64,000 nt of DNA from Thermoplasmatales archaeon (GTDB lineage Archaea > Thermoplasmatota > Thermoplasmata > Thermoplasmatales > GCA-001856825): NCBI GenBank assembly GCA_038729485.1, contig JAVYRX010000002.1, positions 60,739 to 124,738 on the forward strand. Reading direction: 5' to 3'. Under the pieces are notes generated by a model, which was given only the letters and a program-made list of their open reading frames with translations, had not been told where the DNA came from and did no database searches. A program made the position numbers and the translations under genes. The first letter of the stretch is position 1. Every line of letters starts with the position of its first letter. Positions 47,005-57,182 of the stretch are shown here, one piece after another.

Positions 47005-48852
47005 ATGACACGATTGACTGTGGACGATTTCTATAAAATGCGCTTTCTGGGAAACATTAATGTCGTGAAAAATAGAGTCTTCTTTGAAGTTTTCAGCCCA
47101 TCTGAAAAGAAGAATGACTACGATTCTCAGATTGTTGAACTCAAAGGAAAAGGGGCAGTTGCATTCACGAGGGGGAGGGAGGACAGAAATTCAACCTTTG
47201 ATTTAAAAGGAAACTTTATGAGCTACGTGACAAAGGACGGAGACAAAAGCATCCTGATATCCAGAGATCTGAAAACAGGAGAGGAGAAGAGATTATGGGA
47301 AACGGAGATGAAAATCAAAGAAATGTTATGGGATAGATTTTCAAAGGGACTATATGTAGTTGCCAAGGATAAGAGGAAGGAGGAGGATTTCAGGATCATA
47401 GAGAAATACCCCATATATTTTAACGGACAAGGATTCTACCCTTCCATTGGTTACAATCTATTGCACATTGGGCTCAACGGCAGGATCAAGAAGCTGATCA
47501 AAGGGGACGACGAAATAATAGCAATTGCGGTAAATCCGAAGGAAGATCAGTTGGCCTTGATCCTGAGGCCTGACGGATGGGACATCTACGATTCCAAGCT
47601 TGCCATTATGGATACTTCCACGCAGGAATTGACAGACATCAAGGACGTTGTAGGAGGCATAGAAAATATAACATACGACAACGACGGAAGCCTTTACTTC
47701 CTATATTCCAAACACGAAAGGAGCATATTCCAGAGCCATAAGCTCTTTGTCTACAAGGATTCCAAAATTGAAAGTCTCTCAGAGAAGTTTGACATATCCT
47801 TGGAAAATTCGGTTAATTCAGATTCGAGAATGGGAAAGCTGCGCTCAATTAAGGCGGTTGGAGGGGACATCTTTATAATCGCGACAGTTTACGGTAGAGC
47901 CGGTATATACAAGATTAGGAAAAAGAAACTTCAGAGTGTGGTTTCGGGGGATTTTTCCGTCGACTCCTTCGACGTTTCGGAAGGGAACATATATTTCATC
48001 GCACAATCGTTGAAGTCTCCACAGGAAATATACAGATTCGACGGGAGAGTCTCGAAAATAACGGCCATAAATTCCCGCATATCAGGAAAGGTTGCCAATA
48101 AATCATTGAATTTCAAGATGCGAGCAAGCGACGGCAAGGCTGTGGAAGGGTGGCTCCTCAGAGGAAAAAGGAAGGGGACGATAATCGAGATTCATGGTGG
48201 ACCCAGAACGTCTTATGGCGAAGCATTCATGTTTGAGTTTCATCTGTTAAACTCAAGAGGATTCAACGTGATATTCTCCAATCCGAGGGGAAGCGACAGC
48301 TACGGCGATGACTTTGCTCTAGAAATAAAGGAAAGATACGGCGAAAGGGATTTCAAGGACATAATGGAGATTGCGGATTATGCCGTGGAGAAACTGGGTG
48401 TGGATGACAATATTGGGGTAATAGGCGGTTCCTACGGGGGGTTCATGGTGAACTGGATAGTAGGCCATACAGACAGATTCAGGGCGGCCGTTACTGACAG
48501 ATCGATCAGTGATCAGGTGTCCTTCTATTTTTCCAGCGACATTGGCCCAAGGTTCAACTCAGACCAAATGGGAGGGGACCCATACTCTAATCTCGATCAC
48601 TACTGGGATAAATCGCCCATCAAGTATATGAAAAAAGTGAAAACCCCATTACTTATAGTGCATTCTGATGAGGATTTCAGGTGCCCAGTCTGGCAGGCGT
48701 ACGAAATGTTCACGCAGCTGAAGAGACAGGGATCCAAGGTGAAGATGATAGAGTTTAAGGGTGAAAACCACGATCTATCAAGAGAGGGGAAACCGAAAAA
48801 TAGAGTTAAGAGATTGGAGGAAATAGTAAATTGGTTTTCTGAAAATCTCTAG
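47005..48852 (+). CDS. S9 family serine peptidase (acylaminoacyl-peptidase / prolyl oligopeptidase-like)
   Basis: An N-terminal beta-propeller-like region is followed by a C-terminal alpha/beta hydrolase with GGSYGGFM (nucleophile elbow), a downstream D and H (HSDEDFRCP; GENHDL). Confidence 0.8.
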   Translation: MTRLTVDDFYKMRFLGNINVVKNRVFFEVFSPSEKKNDYDSQIVELKGKGAVAFTRGREDRNSTFDLKGNFMSYVTKDGDKSILISRDLKTGEEKRLWETEMKIKEMLWDRFSKGLYVVAKDKRKEEDFRIIEKYPIYFNGQGFYPSIGYNLLHIGLNGRIKKLIKGDDEIIAIAVNPKEDQLALILRPDGWDIYDSKLAIMDTSTQELTDIKDVVGGIENITYDNDGSLYFLYSKHERSIFQSHKLFVYKDSKIESLSEKFDISLENSVNSDSRMGKLRSIKAVGGDIFIIATVYGRAGIYKIRKKKLQSVVSGDFSVDSFDVSEGNIYFIAQSLKSPQEIYRFDGRVSKITAINSRISGKVANKSLNFKMRASDGKAVEGWLLRGKRKGTIIEIHGGPRTSYGEAFMFEFHLLNSRGFNVIFSNPRGSDSYGDDFALEIKERYGERDFKDIMEIADYAVEKLGVDDNIGVIGGSYGGFMVNWIVGHTDRFRAAVTDRSISDQVSFYFSSDIGPRFNSDQMGGDPYSNLDHYWDKSPIKYMKKVKTPLLIVHSDEDFRCPVWQAYEMFTQLKRQGSKVKMIEFKGENHDLSREGKPKNRVKRLEEIVNWFSENL

Positions 48853-48858
48853 AGTAAA

Positions 48859-50316
48859 TCAGAAGTAGGAAGTGTTGTATGGCCCTGTTTCGAAGTTGAT
48901 TAGCTTGGCTGGAATCTTTTGAATTTTACCTTGTTCCCTAAAGTAGAAAAGCATGCCCATGCAGGCTCTCTGCGCATCAGCAACACCGCTAATGATGTCC
49001 TTTCTTTTGTTTGTTACGTCCCCTCCCGCAAATATTCCGGGGCATGTAGTCATGTTGTATTGATTGACTATTATGTCTCCGGATGGCGAAGTCTCAATCT
49101 TGTCCCTTATTTCTTCAGGTAGGAAACCTACATCTCCTTTCTGCCCTGTTGCCTCTATAACGGTATCCACGTTGATCGTAAATTCTGCGTCTTTTAGTGG
49201 TTCCGGCTCCCTCCTGCCTTTTCCTGTGTCGACCATCTTATTTTTCCAGTATTTTATCGATCTAACACGTCCCCCCTCGCCCACGAATTCAAAAGGAGTA
49301 ACCTCCCACATGAATTCTATTTTTTCTTCCTCCGCCTCTTCCAGCTCTTCATCGGCATTGCTGGAGGGATAACCGGGCCTGTCTGTTGCCGAGCGGCGGT
49401 ACATAACCACAACGTGCTTAGCTCCAAGCCTCAGGGATACTCTCGCAGCATCAAAGGCGGTGAAGCCTCCTCCTATTATCGCAACAGTCTCCCCAACGTC
49501 CACAACTTCCCCGGCATTAATTTTTCCCAGGAACTCCAAAGCGTGATAGACGCCTTTAAGATCCTCGCCCTTCGTCCTTGTCATTGATGGCTTCCAATTC
49601 CCTATGGCTATGTAAACGGCATCGTACTCCTTCATAAGATCCTCGAACTTGACGTCCCTCCCAATCTTGGTGTTGTAAAATATCCTAGCCCCGTACGATA
49701 GAGCATGTTCGGTCTCCTTTTTAACGACGTCCCTCGAAAGCCTGAAGCTGGGTATGCCGTGAACCATCATTCCTCCAGCTCTGTCCGTCGCTTCATATAT
49801 GTCAACTTTTATGCCGTTTATTGAGAGATAGAAGGCAGCAGAAAGACCAGATGGGCCTCCGCCAATGATTGCAACCTTCGGATGCCCTCCAAGATCGTTC
49901 TGCACGACCTTCAATGCTTGCTCGTAGTCTCCGGCATTTTCCGATACAAATCTTTTAATGTGCCTTGTTGCAATTGGCCCTTTATTATCATCAAGAACGC
50001 AGTGATCTTCGCACGGATGCGGACAAACGTTCCCGCAAACACCCACGAAGGGCAGCTTCTCGAAATTGATCTTGAGCGCCTCCTCAATGTCGCCGTTTGC
50101 GACGGCAATCTGGTATCCGGGTATATCTATTCTGGCCGGGCATCCTTCAACGCATAAGCCACATCCTATACATCTCGAAGCCTCTGCAGTGACCTCCTCC
50201 AAAGTGTATGGTGCCAGCGTTTGCATCTCCAGACTTTTTATCCTCTTACCCGGGTCCTCATGTTTTACAGGGACCCTTACGTAATTCAGATAGTTCAAAT
50301 AGGTCCACCACTCCAT
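48859..50316 (-). CDS. glutamate synthase small-subunit-like NAD(P)H:FAD oxidoreductase with Fe-S clusters (GltD/PreT family)
   Basis: CIGCGLCVEGCP, CGNVCPHPCEDHC, VAIIGGGPSGLSAAFYL (FAD-binding) and VAIIGGGFTAFDAA (NAD(P)-binding). Confidence 0.75.
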   Translation of the reverse strand: MEWWTYLNYLNYVRVPVKHEDPGKRIKSLEMQTLAPYTLEEVTAEASRCIGCGLCVEGCPARIDIPGYQIAVANGDIEEALKINFEKLPFVGVCGNVCPHPCEDHCVLDDNKGPIATRHIKRFVSENAGDYEQALKVVQNDLGGHPKVAIIGGGPSGLSAAFYLSINGIKVDIYEATDRAGGMMVHGIPSFRLSRDVVKKETEHALSYGARIFYNTKIGRDVKFEDLMKEYDAVYIAIGNWKPSMTRTKGEDLKGVYHALEFLGKINAGEVVDVGETVAIIGGGFTAFDAARVSLRLGAKHVVVMYRRSATDRPGYPSSNADEELEEAEEEKIEFMWEVTPFEFVGEGGRVRSIKYWKNKMVDTGKGRREPEPLKDAEFTINVDTVIEATGQKGDVGFLPEEIRDKIETSPSGDIIVNQYNMTTCPGIFAGGDVTNKRKDIISGVADAQRACMGMLFYFREQGKIQKIPAKLINFETGPYNTSYF

Positions 50317-50504
50317 AATTGATTTCGCAATAATAAGAATTTTCTATTTACGGCTGTCCCATTAACCACAGTATATTCTTTGTTGCAGGGCCCCTGGGCT
50401 TTCGTAACTTGATTTTTCGATTTAACCATGTTCAAGGTATGCTTAATATCATGTTAGCTCACACGTCCCGCAAAGGTTAAGAATCTTGCATAAGGAGACC
50501 GGAT

Positions 50505-51479
50505 TCATTTCCCTCTAGCTCTTTGTGAAGACATTAACACTATATCGTTTAGCACTGCTGACGAAGACTCGAGCGGTCCGTCGTGCTCAGTGAAAATAGT
50601 TAGATTGTCGAACGAATCCGTATTGAAACGTATTATCATGGATGGACCGGATATTAGGGAGAGATATCTCTTCTCGCTGATCCTCTTTAGTGATACGCTC
50701 ACGCCATTCTTGCTAACTTCTGTAACCTGCCGAACCCCGGGCGTCATGTTCTCTTCTTTAACGTCTATTTTTGCGTCCCCTAATTTAAGCTTTGAACCGA
50801 ACAATGTTCTGTGGAGAATGAGCCCCTTCCTAGCCGAGTCTATGCCCTTGAGGTCGTCTGAAGGATCGTGTTCCGCAAGTCCTACTTTAACCGCCTCCAA
50901 AATTGCGTCAGATTTGCTTTTCCCCGACTCTATCTGGGACAAAACGAAACTGGATGTTGCATTGAATACCCCTTCCACTGATTCTATTCTCGCCGTCTTG
51001 ATGGAATAATCCATAAGATTGAATACCGGCAACCCTCCGCAGACTGTTGCTTCATACCTTATCGTCTTACCATTCTCCCTAGCTTTTTCAACGACGTCCA
51101 CGTCTGAAATCATTATGCTCTTGTTTGCGGTAACAACGTTTTTCCCGTAAGCAAACGCCTGCAGAGCGTGATCAATACCTGGCCTCCCGTCCTTAGTGCT
51201 CTGGGTGACCTCCACAACAACGTCAGAATCAATCTGAGCTATGGCTTCCATAGCCCCCATTTTTTCGAAGGTAGAAAAATCCCTTAACTTGCCTTCTTCT
51301 TTTGCCCTCACTATCTGTTCAAGGGGGATTCCCTTGGTGAACAAGGTTCCGGTAGAGTCGCTGACCGAAACCACTTCTATTCCTTCCCCAGTAAGGTTTT
51401 TTATCAAACTCTCCTTTTTCACTATCAGCCTGAGAAGATTTCTTCCTATTGAGCCGAATCCGATCAGCTGAATCCTCAT
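50505..51479 (-). CDS. hom: homoserine dehydrogenase
   Basis: MRIQLIGFGSIGRNL Rossmann fold, VVTANK, EATVCGGLPV, then the C-terminal catalytic region. Confidence 0.8.
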   Translation of the reverse strand: MRIQLIGFGSIGRNLLRLIVKKESLIKNLTGEGIEVVSVSDSTGTLFTKGIPLEQIVRAKEEGKLRDFSTFEKMGAMEAIAQIDSDVVVEVTQSTKDGRPGIDHALQAFAYGKNVVTANKSIMISDVDVVEKARENGKTIRYEATVCGGLPVFNLMDYSIKTARIESVEGVFNATSSFVLSQIESGKSKSDAILEAVKVGLAEHDPSDDLKGIDSARKGLILHRTLFGSKLKLGDAKIDVKEENMTPGVRQVTEVSKNGVSVSLKRISEKRYLSLISGPSMIIRFNTDSFDNLTIFTEHDGPLESSSAVLNDIVLMSSQRARGK

Positions 51480-51618
51480 GCTCCGGCATGCGTTGCATTG
51501 TTATACTTTTATCTATTGCATGGTTCGTACTCGAACATGACGGGGGAAAACTTGTCCAGAACGGAGCTTCAAAAAAGTAAGCAAGAAAGGTTAAATCTGC
51601 GAAAAAGAATATTATGTG

Positions 51619-52281
51619 ATGAGCGACGATAGTGTTTTGCCGTCTGTCGCAAAGAGCACTGATGAATACATGGCTGCTCTTGAGCTGGAACAGGGAGGAT
51701 ACCTGGAGGAGGCAGAAAAGCACGCCAGGAAGTCACTAGAGATAAAGAGAAACATAGATGCGATGATAATCCTCATAGACATACTAGAGAAGGAAGGAAA
51801 GGATTCTTCAGAGTGGAAAAAAGCCCTTCTCGAGGAGTATCCTGCAAATCCTGAGACTTACAGGCGGCTCTATCTTTCAAGCTTTAACTCTGACAAGGAG
51901 TCTGCCCTCACGTTCATAAATAAGGCTATAACGATACTGAAAAAGCCCCAATATTACTATGACAAGGCGCGCCTTTTGCATTCAATGGAAAGATATGTCG
52001 AAGCAATGGCCTCAATTGATATTGCTATAAAGGCCGAGCAGAGGAATCCTTCTTTCTGGGATCTCAGGGCTCAAATCCTCTACTCCATGGGAAAGATGAA
52101 CGAGGCACTGGAGTCCTGTGATGCCTCCCTTCATATCGACGCAAGGGACAAAGACGCTCTTCTCCTGTCAGCCAGAATATATCTTGATCTGGGGGACAAA
52201 GAAAAGGCAAGGGAAATGCTTCTGAGGATAGATAAAGCTGACAACGATGTAAAAATCCTGTTGGAAAAGACTCTATCTTAA
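51619..52281 (+). CDS. TPR-repeat protein
   Basis: There are multiple 34-aa TPR-like units, for example YYYDKARLLHSMERYVEAMASIDIAIKAEQRNP and FWDLRAQILYSMGKMNEALESCDASLHIDARD. Confidence 0.55.
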   Translation: MSDDSVLPSVAKSTDEYMAALELEQGGYLEEAEKHARKSLEIKRNIDAMIILIDILEKEGKDSSEWKKALLEEYPANPETYRRLYLSSFNSDKESALTFINKAITILKKPQYYYDKARLLHSMERYVEAMASIDIAIKAEQRNPSFWDLRAQILYSMGKMNEALESCDASLHIDARDKDALLLSARIYLDLGDKEKAREMLLRIDKADNDVKILLEKTLS

Positions 52282-53489
52282 GCTCCGTATTTTTGTGATA
52301 AGTTAGCGGAGCTTAGAAGCACATTCATAAGATCATTGCCCCTCAATCTCAGCGAACCCCTTACTGCAGAGGACTCGTCTAGATGGCCTATTCTGTCTTT
52401 CCTGCAGCCGGGGAATCTGATCATTATGGGAACCGGGTCAGACGTATGTTCCTTAACGCTTGCTGGAGTGGAATGATCACCGGTAAAACAGAATACTAGG
52501 TCTTCTTTCATAGCAACAACTTCGCCTAGAGCGCTGTCTATTTTCTCTATGAACTGCCTTTTCGCGTTGGCATTTCCATCGTGACCCGCTATGTCTGTGC
52601 CCTTTATGTTGACAATGACAAAATCGACCTCCTTTAGAGCTGCAATTGCAGCCTTTATTTTCCTTGGCACAGGCGTGTCTAAAGACCCTGTGATCTCTGG
52701 CGGGGTGAAATCCCTAAGGCCGGCAAGGAGACAGATGCCTGAGACAAGAGCTACCGCCGCGACGAAACCCCCCTTAACGCCAAATTTTTCATTAAAATCC
52801 GGAAGCTCTGGAACCACGCCTCCGCCTCTGAAAAGTATTGCATTTGCTTTCTTCAGGCCTTTACTCGCCCTTTCCCTGTTAACTGGGTGATCTTCTAGGA
52901 TCTCGAGAGATCTTGAATAGAACTTGTTCAATATCCTAGCCGTTTTCTCCCCTCTTGCATCTGTGGGCGTGATCTTATTTGGAGGACGATTGTCAGAGTG
53001 AGGATCGTTGTCCGTCACTAGGTTGTTCATTCCTGGCCCTCTAAGTACTAATGCACCTCTGTGCTCTGTGCCCTCCCTGAACATTATGTCTACGTCCTCT
53101 ATTCTCATATTCAATGAGGCAGCCAGATCCCTCGTGCCCTCCCTTATTCTCCCCGCTCTCCGATCGGTGATGATCCCGCTCTTGTCCACGGTTGCAAAGT
53201 TTGCCCTGAATGCAATGTCTCCGGCCTTAAGCTTCAGTCCTGTTCCCAGCGCCTCAAATGGGCCACGACCCGTATAATACTTTTCCGGATCATAACCCAG
53301 ATAGCTAAGATGAGAGGTATCCGAGCCGGGAATTATGCCTGGCCTTATCGGATCTATCAGTCCTATCATTGCCTCCCTTGACAGTTCGTCTAAATTTTTG
53401 GTAGAAGCCGCTTCAAGCGGCGTGGCGCCTCCTAAGGACGGCGAGGGCCTGTCTCCTAGACCATCAGCAATTACAAGCAGTATCTTCAT
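52278..53489 (-). CDS. apgM: 2,3-bisphosphoglycerate-independent phosphoglycerate mutase, archaeal type
   Basis: MKILLVIADGLGDRP...GSDTSHLSYLGYDP...FRANFATV...GDHSTP is the ApgM pattern. Confidence 0.88.
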   Translation of the reverse strand: MKILLVIADGLGDRPSPSLGGATPLEAASTKNLDELSREAMIGLIDPIRPGIIPGSDTSHLSYLGYDPEKYYTGRGPFEALGTGLKLKAGDIAFRANFATVDKSGIITDRRAGRIREGTRDLAASLNMRIEDVDIMFREGTEHRGALVLRGPGMNNLVTDNDPHSDNRPPNKITPTDARGEKTARILNKFYSRSLEILEDHPVNRERASKGLKKANAILFRGGGVVPELPDFNEKFGVKGGFVAAVALVSGICLLAGLRDFTPPEITGSLDTPVPRKIKAAIAALKEVDFVIVNIKGTDIAGHDGNANAKRQFIEKIDSALGEVVAMKEDLVFCFTGDHSTPASVKEHTSDPVPIMIRFPGCRKDRIGHLDESSAVRGSLRLRGNDLMNVLLSSANLSQKYGA

Positions 53490-53519
53490 TCACCTTTATA
53501 TCACGCTTGTTAGAATAAT

Positions 53520-54251
53520 TTATCTGAACACGATGAAGGATGCTATCGCAAATGAAAAAAGAGCTGAGAAGAAATTAACGCCGTACTTAGTTAGATATCC
53601 CCTGTTCTCGAGAGTTTCGCCAAGTACCGAATCAAATATCGACCCCGCAAATGACAGCAGCGTCGTGAGAAGTATCAGACCCGTCAAAGCCGATAGCGAA
53701 ATGAAACTTGAAATCCCGTAAATGGTATATCCAATGAGTGAGAAAAGGAGAGGGAAAACGAATGAGACCGTCGTCCCGAGGATTGAGACCCCGCCGTTTA
53801 TACCAGTTTCAACAGGTTTCATAGTGAGAATCATGTATGTACTTTCCTGGAGGGAGCCTATCTCTGAAGCCGCAGTATCAGCTAATATAACGCCCAAAGC
53901 TACCATGTAAATGAAGAAAACGGCCTTGCCATTGATGCCCCAAAGCAGTAGAAGGGAGGCAGCAGCCGGTATCAGTCCTGCGGCGAGAACGTTATTCGCA
54001 CCCCTTTCCCCCTTGATCCCTTCCTGTATCTTTCTCTTGTTTTTCTTCTCAAAGCCAGCAAGAGTGGATATGTACGACAACCCAAGAAATAGAAAAAGCA
54101 TGACAAAATACAACCATCCTCCTCCAATAATTATCACCGCCCCAATGGCTGCCGACGCTATTGCTCCTGCTCTGCTGAATGCCCTTATCTTTATGCCCAT
54201 GTAAAAAAGTATGGGTATCAATATGAGAAGCAGCAGGTTGTATTCGTACAT
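53520..54251 (-). CDS. DUF92 (TMEM19-like) integral membrane protein
   Basis: A polytopic protein whose AGFEKKNKRK...GERGANNVLAAG segment matches the conserved DUF92 loop. Confidence 0.55.
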   Translation of the reverse strand: MYEYNLLLLILIPILFYMGIKIRAFSRAGAIASAAIGAVIIIGGGWLYFVMLFLFLGLSYISTLAGFEKKNKRKIQEGIKGERGANNVLAAGLIPAAASLLLLWGINGKAVFFIYMVALGVILADTAASEIGSLQESTYMILTMKPVETGINGGVSILGTTVSFVFPLLFSLIGYTIYGISSFISLSALTGLILLTTLLSFAGSIFDSVLGETLENRGYLTKYGVNFFSALFSFAIASFIVFR

Positions 54252-54332
54252 CTCTTCAGTCCTATCCTACAATGTTATAAATCCTTTGAGCTAAAATTAC
54301 ATAAAAGATTATTACTTGTTTCTTAATCCCCA

Positions 54333-55076
54333 ATGGTGCCTAGAGAACAAATAAGGAAGTGCCCAGTTCACGGATATTACAGGGGACTGAATTGCCCCAT
54401 ATGCGGAGAGGAAGGCAAATTCATCTTGTCAGAGGAGGAAGTGGATATGCTGGGCAGAACCATAACAAAGATTCTTAGGCACAGACCGGAAAAGTACCAT
54501 CTAGAAATCAACGACAAAGGATACGTGAATATAGATGAAATGGTTCAAGAAATAAGGTTTTACAATAGGAGACTGCATTTCGTTGGACCGTCCCACATAT
54601 TTGCAATAGTCCTCACTGACAACAAGGGAAGATATCAACTAACAGAGAACAAGAGATACATCAGGGCGACGTATGGCCACACGATTGACGTTGATCTCAC
54701 GGACCTCCCTACGGACGGAGTACCAGAGATCCTTTATTACCCGACGAACAGAGAAGAGTTCGAAATTCTTAAAGAAAACGGCATACTTCCATCGGACAGA
54801 AGATGGGTTCACTTGTCCAGTTCTGAAGAAAAGGCGTATATAGCTGGACTTTATCATTTTGATTCCCCGTTGCTAGTGCCCATAAAAAGCGAAATCGTGG
54901 CTGAGTCGGGAGAGAGAATCTATCACGCTGGGCAGGAGGTATTCATTTGTAAATTTGTACCGCCTGAAAGCATGATGGAACCTCAAGAGTTCAGCGGAAC
55001 CGTTGACGATGAGACAATTGAAGAGATCAAGATTTCAAAGGAGAAGAAAATAAGGAGTAAACAAGAGGGCTGGTAG
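54333..55076 (+). CDS. kptA: RNA 2'-phosphotransferase (Tpt1/KptA family) with N-terminal zinc ribbon and C-terminal acidic/basic tail
   Basis: LGRTITKILRHRPEKYHLEINDKGYVNIDEMV, YIRATYGHTIDV and RRWVHLSSS are Tpt1 motifs. The N-terminus has CPVH...CPIC. The last 10 nt overlap tRNA-Ala. Confidence 0.75.
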   Translation: MVPREQIRKCPVHGYYRGLNCPICGEEGKFILSEEEVDMLGRTITKILRHRPEKYHLEINDKGYVNIDEMVQEIRFYNRRLHFVGPSHIFAIVLTDNKGRYQLTENKRYIRATYGHTIDVDLTDLPTDGVPEILYYPTNREEFEILKENGILPSDRRWVHLSSSEEKAYIAGLYHFDSPLLVPIKSEIVAESGERIYHAGQEVFICKFVPPESMMEPQEFSGTVDDETIEEIKISKEKKIRSKQEGW

Positions 55077-55138
55077 ATCAGCGGAAGATCGCCTGCTTTG
55101 CAAGCAGGAGGCCCGGGGTTCAAATCCCCGCCAGTCCA
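55067..55138 (+). tRNA. tRNA-Ala (anticodon UGC)
   Basis: 72-nt cloverleaf folded by hand. The acceptor is GGGCTGG/CCAGTCC, with the G3-U70 Ala identity pair. The anticodon stem is CCTGC/GCAGG, the loop is TTTGCAA, and the T arm is CGGGG-TTCAAAT-CCCCG. The discriminator is A. CCA is not encoded. Confidence 0.93.
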
Positions 55139-55229
55139 TACCATCAATTTTCAGTAGAATTCAAACCAAATGAAGCCCCATTTTTTCAAACCACGTATTG
55201 GGCATTCGCAGATAGTTCGTAAAATAAAA

Positions 55230-56306
55230 TCAAGACTGCAGTGAGAATTCCTTGAATTGTTTCTTGACTGATGGAGAAAGCATCAATCGCAATACGCTCT
55301 GATATCCCGGGACAAATTCAACCGATGAACCAGCTTCGTATTCATTCTCACTGTCTTGGATGTCTAGTATTAGGTGGTCGCCGCTTCCCCCAAGCACTTT
55401 AACCCCACGGTCTACTGGCTTCAAACTGCCGATTTCCACGTCCTGTTTGCCTATGGCAACTATTGCGCGAAGCCTTTCACCGAGGTCCTCTATGATAGGA
55501 ACATTCCCGAATGCATCCCTACCTATTTCTCCATAGGGAACGGAGGGTTTTTTCCCTACCTCTATCACTTCCGCCCTCAACAGCATAGTGTCCCTCTCAA
55601 GATATGGAATCTCTCTGTTCCTCGTTGTGTCATTCCCGAACATCAGTGCCTCACCTATTCGCAACTGATTGATGCCTCTTACATTGTCTGTCTCAAACAG
55701 CATAAGGGTGTCAGTGGCGCCACCTGAGACGATGGGGACGTCAAATCCGCTGTCCAGCAGGCTGTCCCTAACGGAAATGAGAGATTCCATTTTCTCGAGT
55801 GTTGGTATCACGCCACCATAACATCCCAAGTTGGTCCCAATCCCAAGAAATTGCACCCCATGCCTTTCCAAATCTCTTACAAATGGTACCGCCTTTTCTG
55901 GCATTATCCCTTCTCGGAGATCTCCAAGCTCGACCATTACAATTACTCCAAATTTCCTCGAAGTTCTTCTCGCCTCGTTTGCCAGTGCAACAGCAATCCT
56001 GCTATCGCTTATCAGCGCAGCATCCGTATACTTCACAGTTAAATGTATTTCAGACAGCTGCGGTGACCTGATCTGGATCAGATTTGCCTGGATTCCCGAT
56101 TCTCTCATCTTAGAGATGTTTTCCACTCTTGAATCTCCGATCCACGAAAGACCTGCCTCAATTAAGGTTCTAGCTATGGCGGGCTCACCCTGTACAACCT
56201 TTGTCACACCAACTAAGTCCACTCCTTTTTTAGACAGCAATTCTCTTAACGTTATAGCATTCCTTTTGATCTTCGAAGTGTCTATGAGCAAGAGAGGGTT
56301 CATCAC
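55230..56306 (-). CDS. alanine/ornithine racemase-family PLP enzyme (COG3457-like predicted amino-acid racemase)
   Basis: An N-terminal TIM-barrel with LVGVTKVV (PLP Lys), LGIGTNLGCYGG, and a C-terminal beta domain. The substrate is unknown. Confidence 0.6.
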   Translation of the reverse strand: MMNPLLLIDTSKIKRNAITLRELLSKKGVDLVGVTKVVQGEPAIARTLIEAGLSWIGDSRVENISKMRESGIQANLIQIRSPQLSEIHLTVKYTDAALISDSRIAVALANEARRTSRKFGVIVMVELGDLREGIMPEKAVPFVRDLERHGVQFLGIGTNLGCYGGVIPTLEKMESLISVRDSLLDSGFDVPIVSGGATDTLMLFETDNVRGINQLRIGEALMFGNDTTRNREIPYLERDTMLLRAEVIEVGKKPSVPYGEIGRDAFGNVPIIEDLGERLRAIVAIGKQDVEIGSLKPVDRGVKVLGGSGDHLILDIQDSENEYEAGSSVEFVPGYQSVLRLMLSPSVKKQFKEFSLQS

Positions 56307-56425
56307 TATCGATTTTGAGACACTATTTTATGATTTTGGATTTTTTTCTGATAGTTCCTGTGCTTTCTTTACGGCAAACAAAAGGATATCGTTTTCATTA
56401 ATTAGACAGCCAATTGGCCCTATAT

Positions 56426-56980
56426 CTAAAACTCAAGTTCTCTGGAATCGATTACATGTGCGAATTCATCGTTTATAGATGCTAGATTTACCCTATGGAC
56501 TTCTTCTGCAGGTATTTTTATGCCTGCTAGATCCAGTCTATCAAAAGTTGCACAGGCATCTTGAATGACATAGCTTTCAAAACCCAAGTTTCCCGACATC
56601 CTTGCCGTAGTACTGACGCAATGGTCCGTTGTAAGACCTACGTAAAATACCTGTTCAGATTTCCAGTCTTTCAAGGTTTGTTCTAGGTTTGTGCCAATGA
56701 ACGCGCTATTGACTCTTTTTGTCATTACAAGCTCACCTTTAATAGGGGTTGCCTCCTTTTTAAATTCAAAAGTTTTCTTTCCGGGAATGAAGGGGGAGTT
56801 TGGATTTTTAGAGTAGTGCCTGATATGTATCAATCTTTTTTCTGTTTGCCTAAAGTTTGCCATTAATGAAGATATCACATTTTCAGCGTTAGGATTATTT
56901 CTGTTACCAAGTTCTGGGTTAGACCATGCCTCCTGAACGTCTATCACTACGAGTGTTGAATTGCCCCCAACCTTTAACAT
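56426..56980 (-). CDS. isochorismatase-family cysteine hydrolase
   Basis: TLVVIDVQEAW, then K in the mid region, then GLTTDHCVSTTARM (the D-K-C triad pattern). Confidence 0.8.
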   Translation of the reverse strand: MLKVGGNSTLVVIDVQEAWSNPELGNRNNPNAENVISSLMANFRQTEKRLIHIRHYSKNPNSPFIPGKKTFEFKKEATPIKGELVMTKRVNSAFIGTNLEQTLKDWKSEQVFYVGLTTDHCVSTTARMSGNLGFESYVIQDACATFDRLDLAGIKIPAEEVHRVNLASINDEFAHVIDSRELEF

Positions 56981-57061
56981 ATTCTCAGAAATTGAAAATC
57001 CTCCTAAATATCTTCCTACAGCGCATTAAATTCTGTAACCACACAACATTTCCATAAATTA

Positions 57062-57070
57062 TTATATTTA
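57062..57070 (+). promoter_or_regulatory. TATA-box-like element (TTATATTTA) upstream of tRNA-Ser
   Basis: Centred ~32 nt upstream of tRNA position 1 (57098). Pattern only. Confidence 0.35.
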
Positions 57071-57097
57071 GGTACTTCTTTCAGACTGAAAAATTCT

Positions 57098-57182
57098 GCC
57101 AGGGTAGCCTAGTCCGGCCAAGGCGATAGATTCGAGATCTATTGCTCGCAAGAGCTCGGGAGTTCAAATCTCCCCCCTGGCG
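57098..57182 (+). tRNA. tRNA-Ser (anticodon CGA)
   Basis: 85-nt class II tRNA folded by hand. The acceptor is GCCAGGG/CCCTGGC and the D stem is GCCT/AGGC. The anticodon stem is ATAGA/TCTAT with loop TTCGAGA. The long variable arm is TGCTCGCAAGAGCTC and the T arm is GGGAG-TTCAAAT-CTCCC. The discriminator is G. Confidence 0.92.

Noticed and set aside
51319-51723. 134-aa minus-strand ORF spanning the hom start and the TPR gene start
   Set aside because: It overlaps two better-supported genes and has no motif.
55831-56478. 215-aa plus-strand ORF
   Set aside because: It is antisense to the racemase-family gene and to the start of the isochorismatase gene. It is a shadow ORF.
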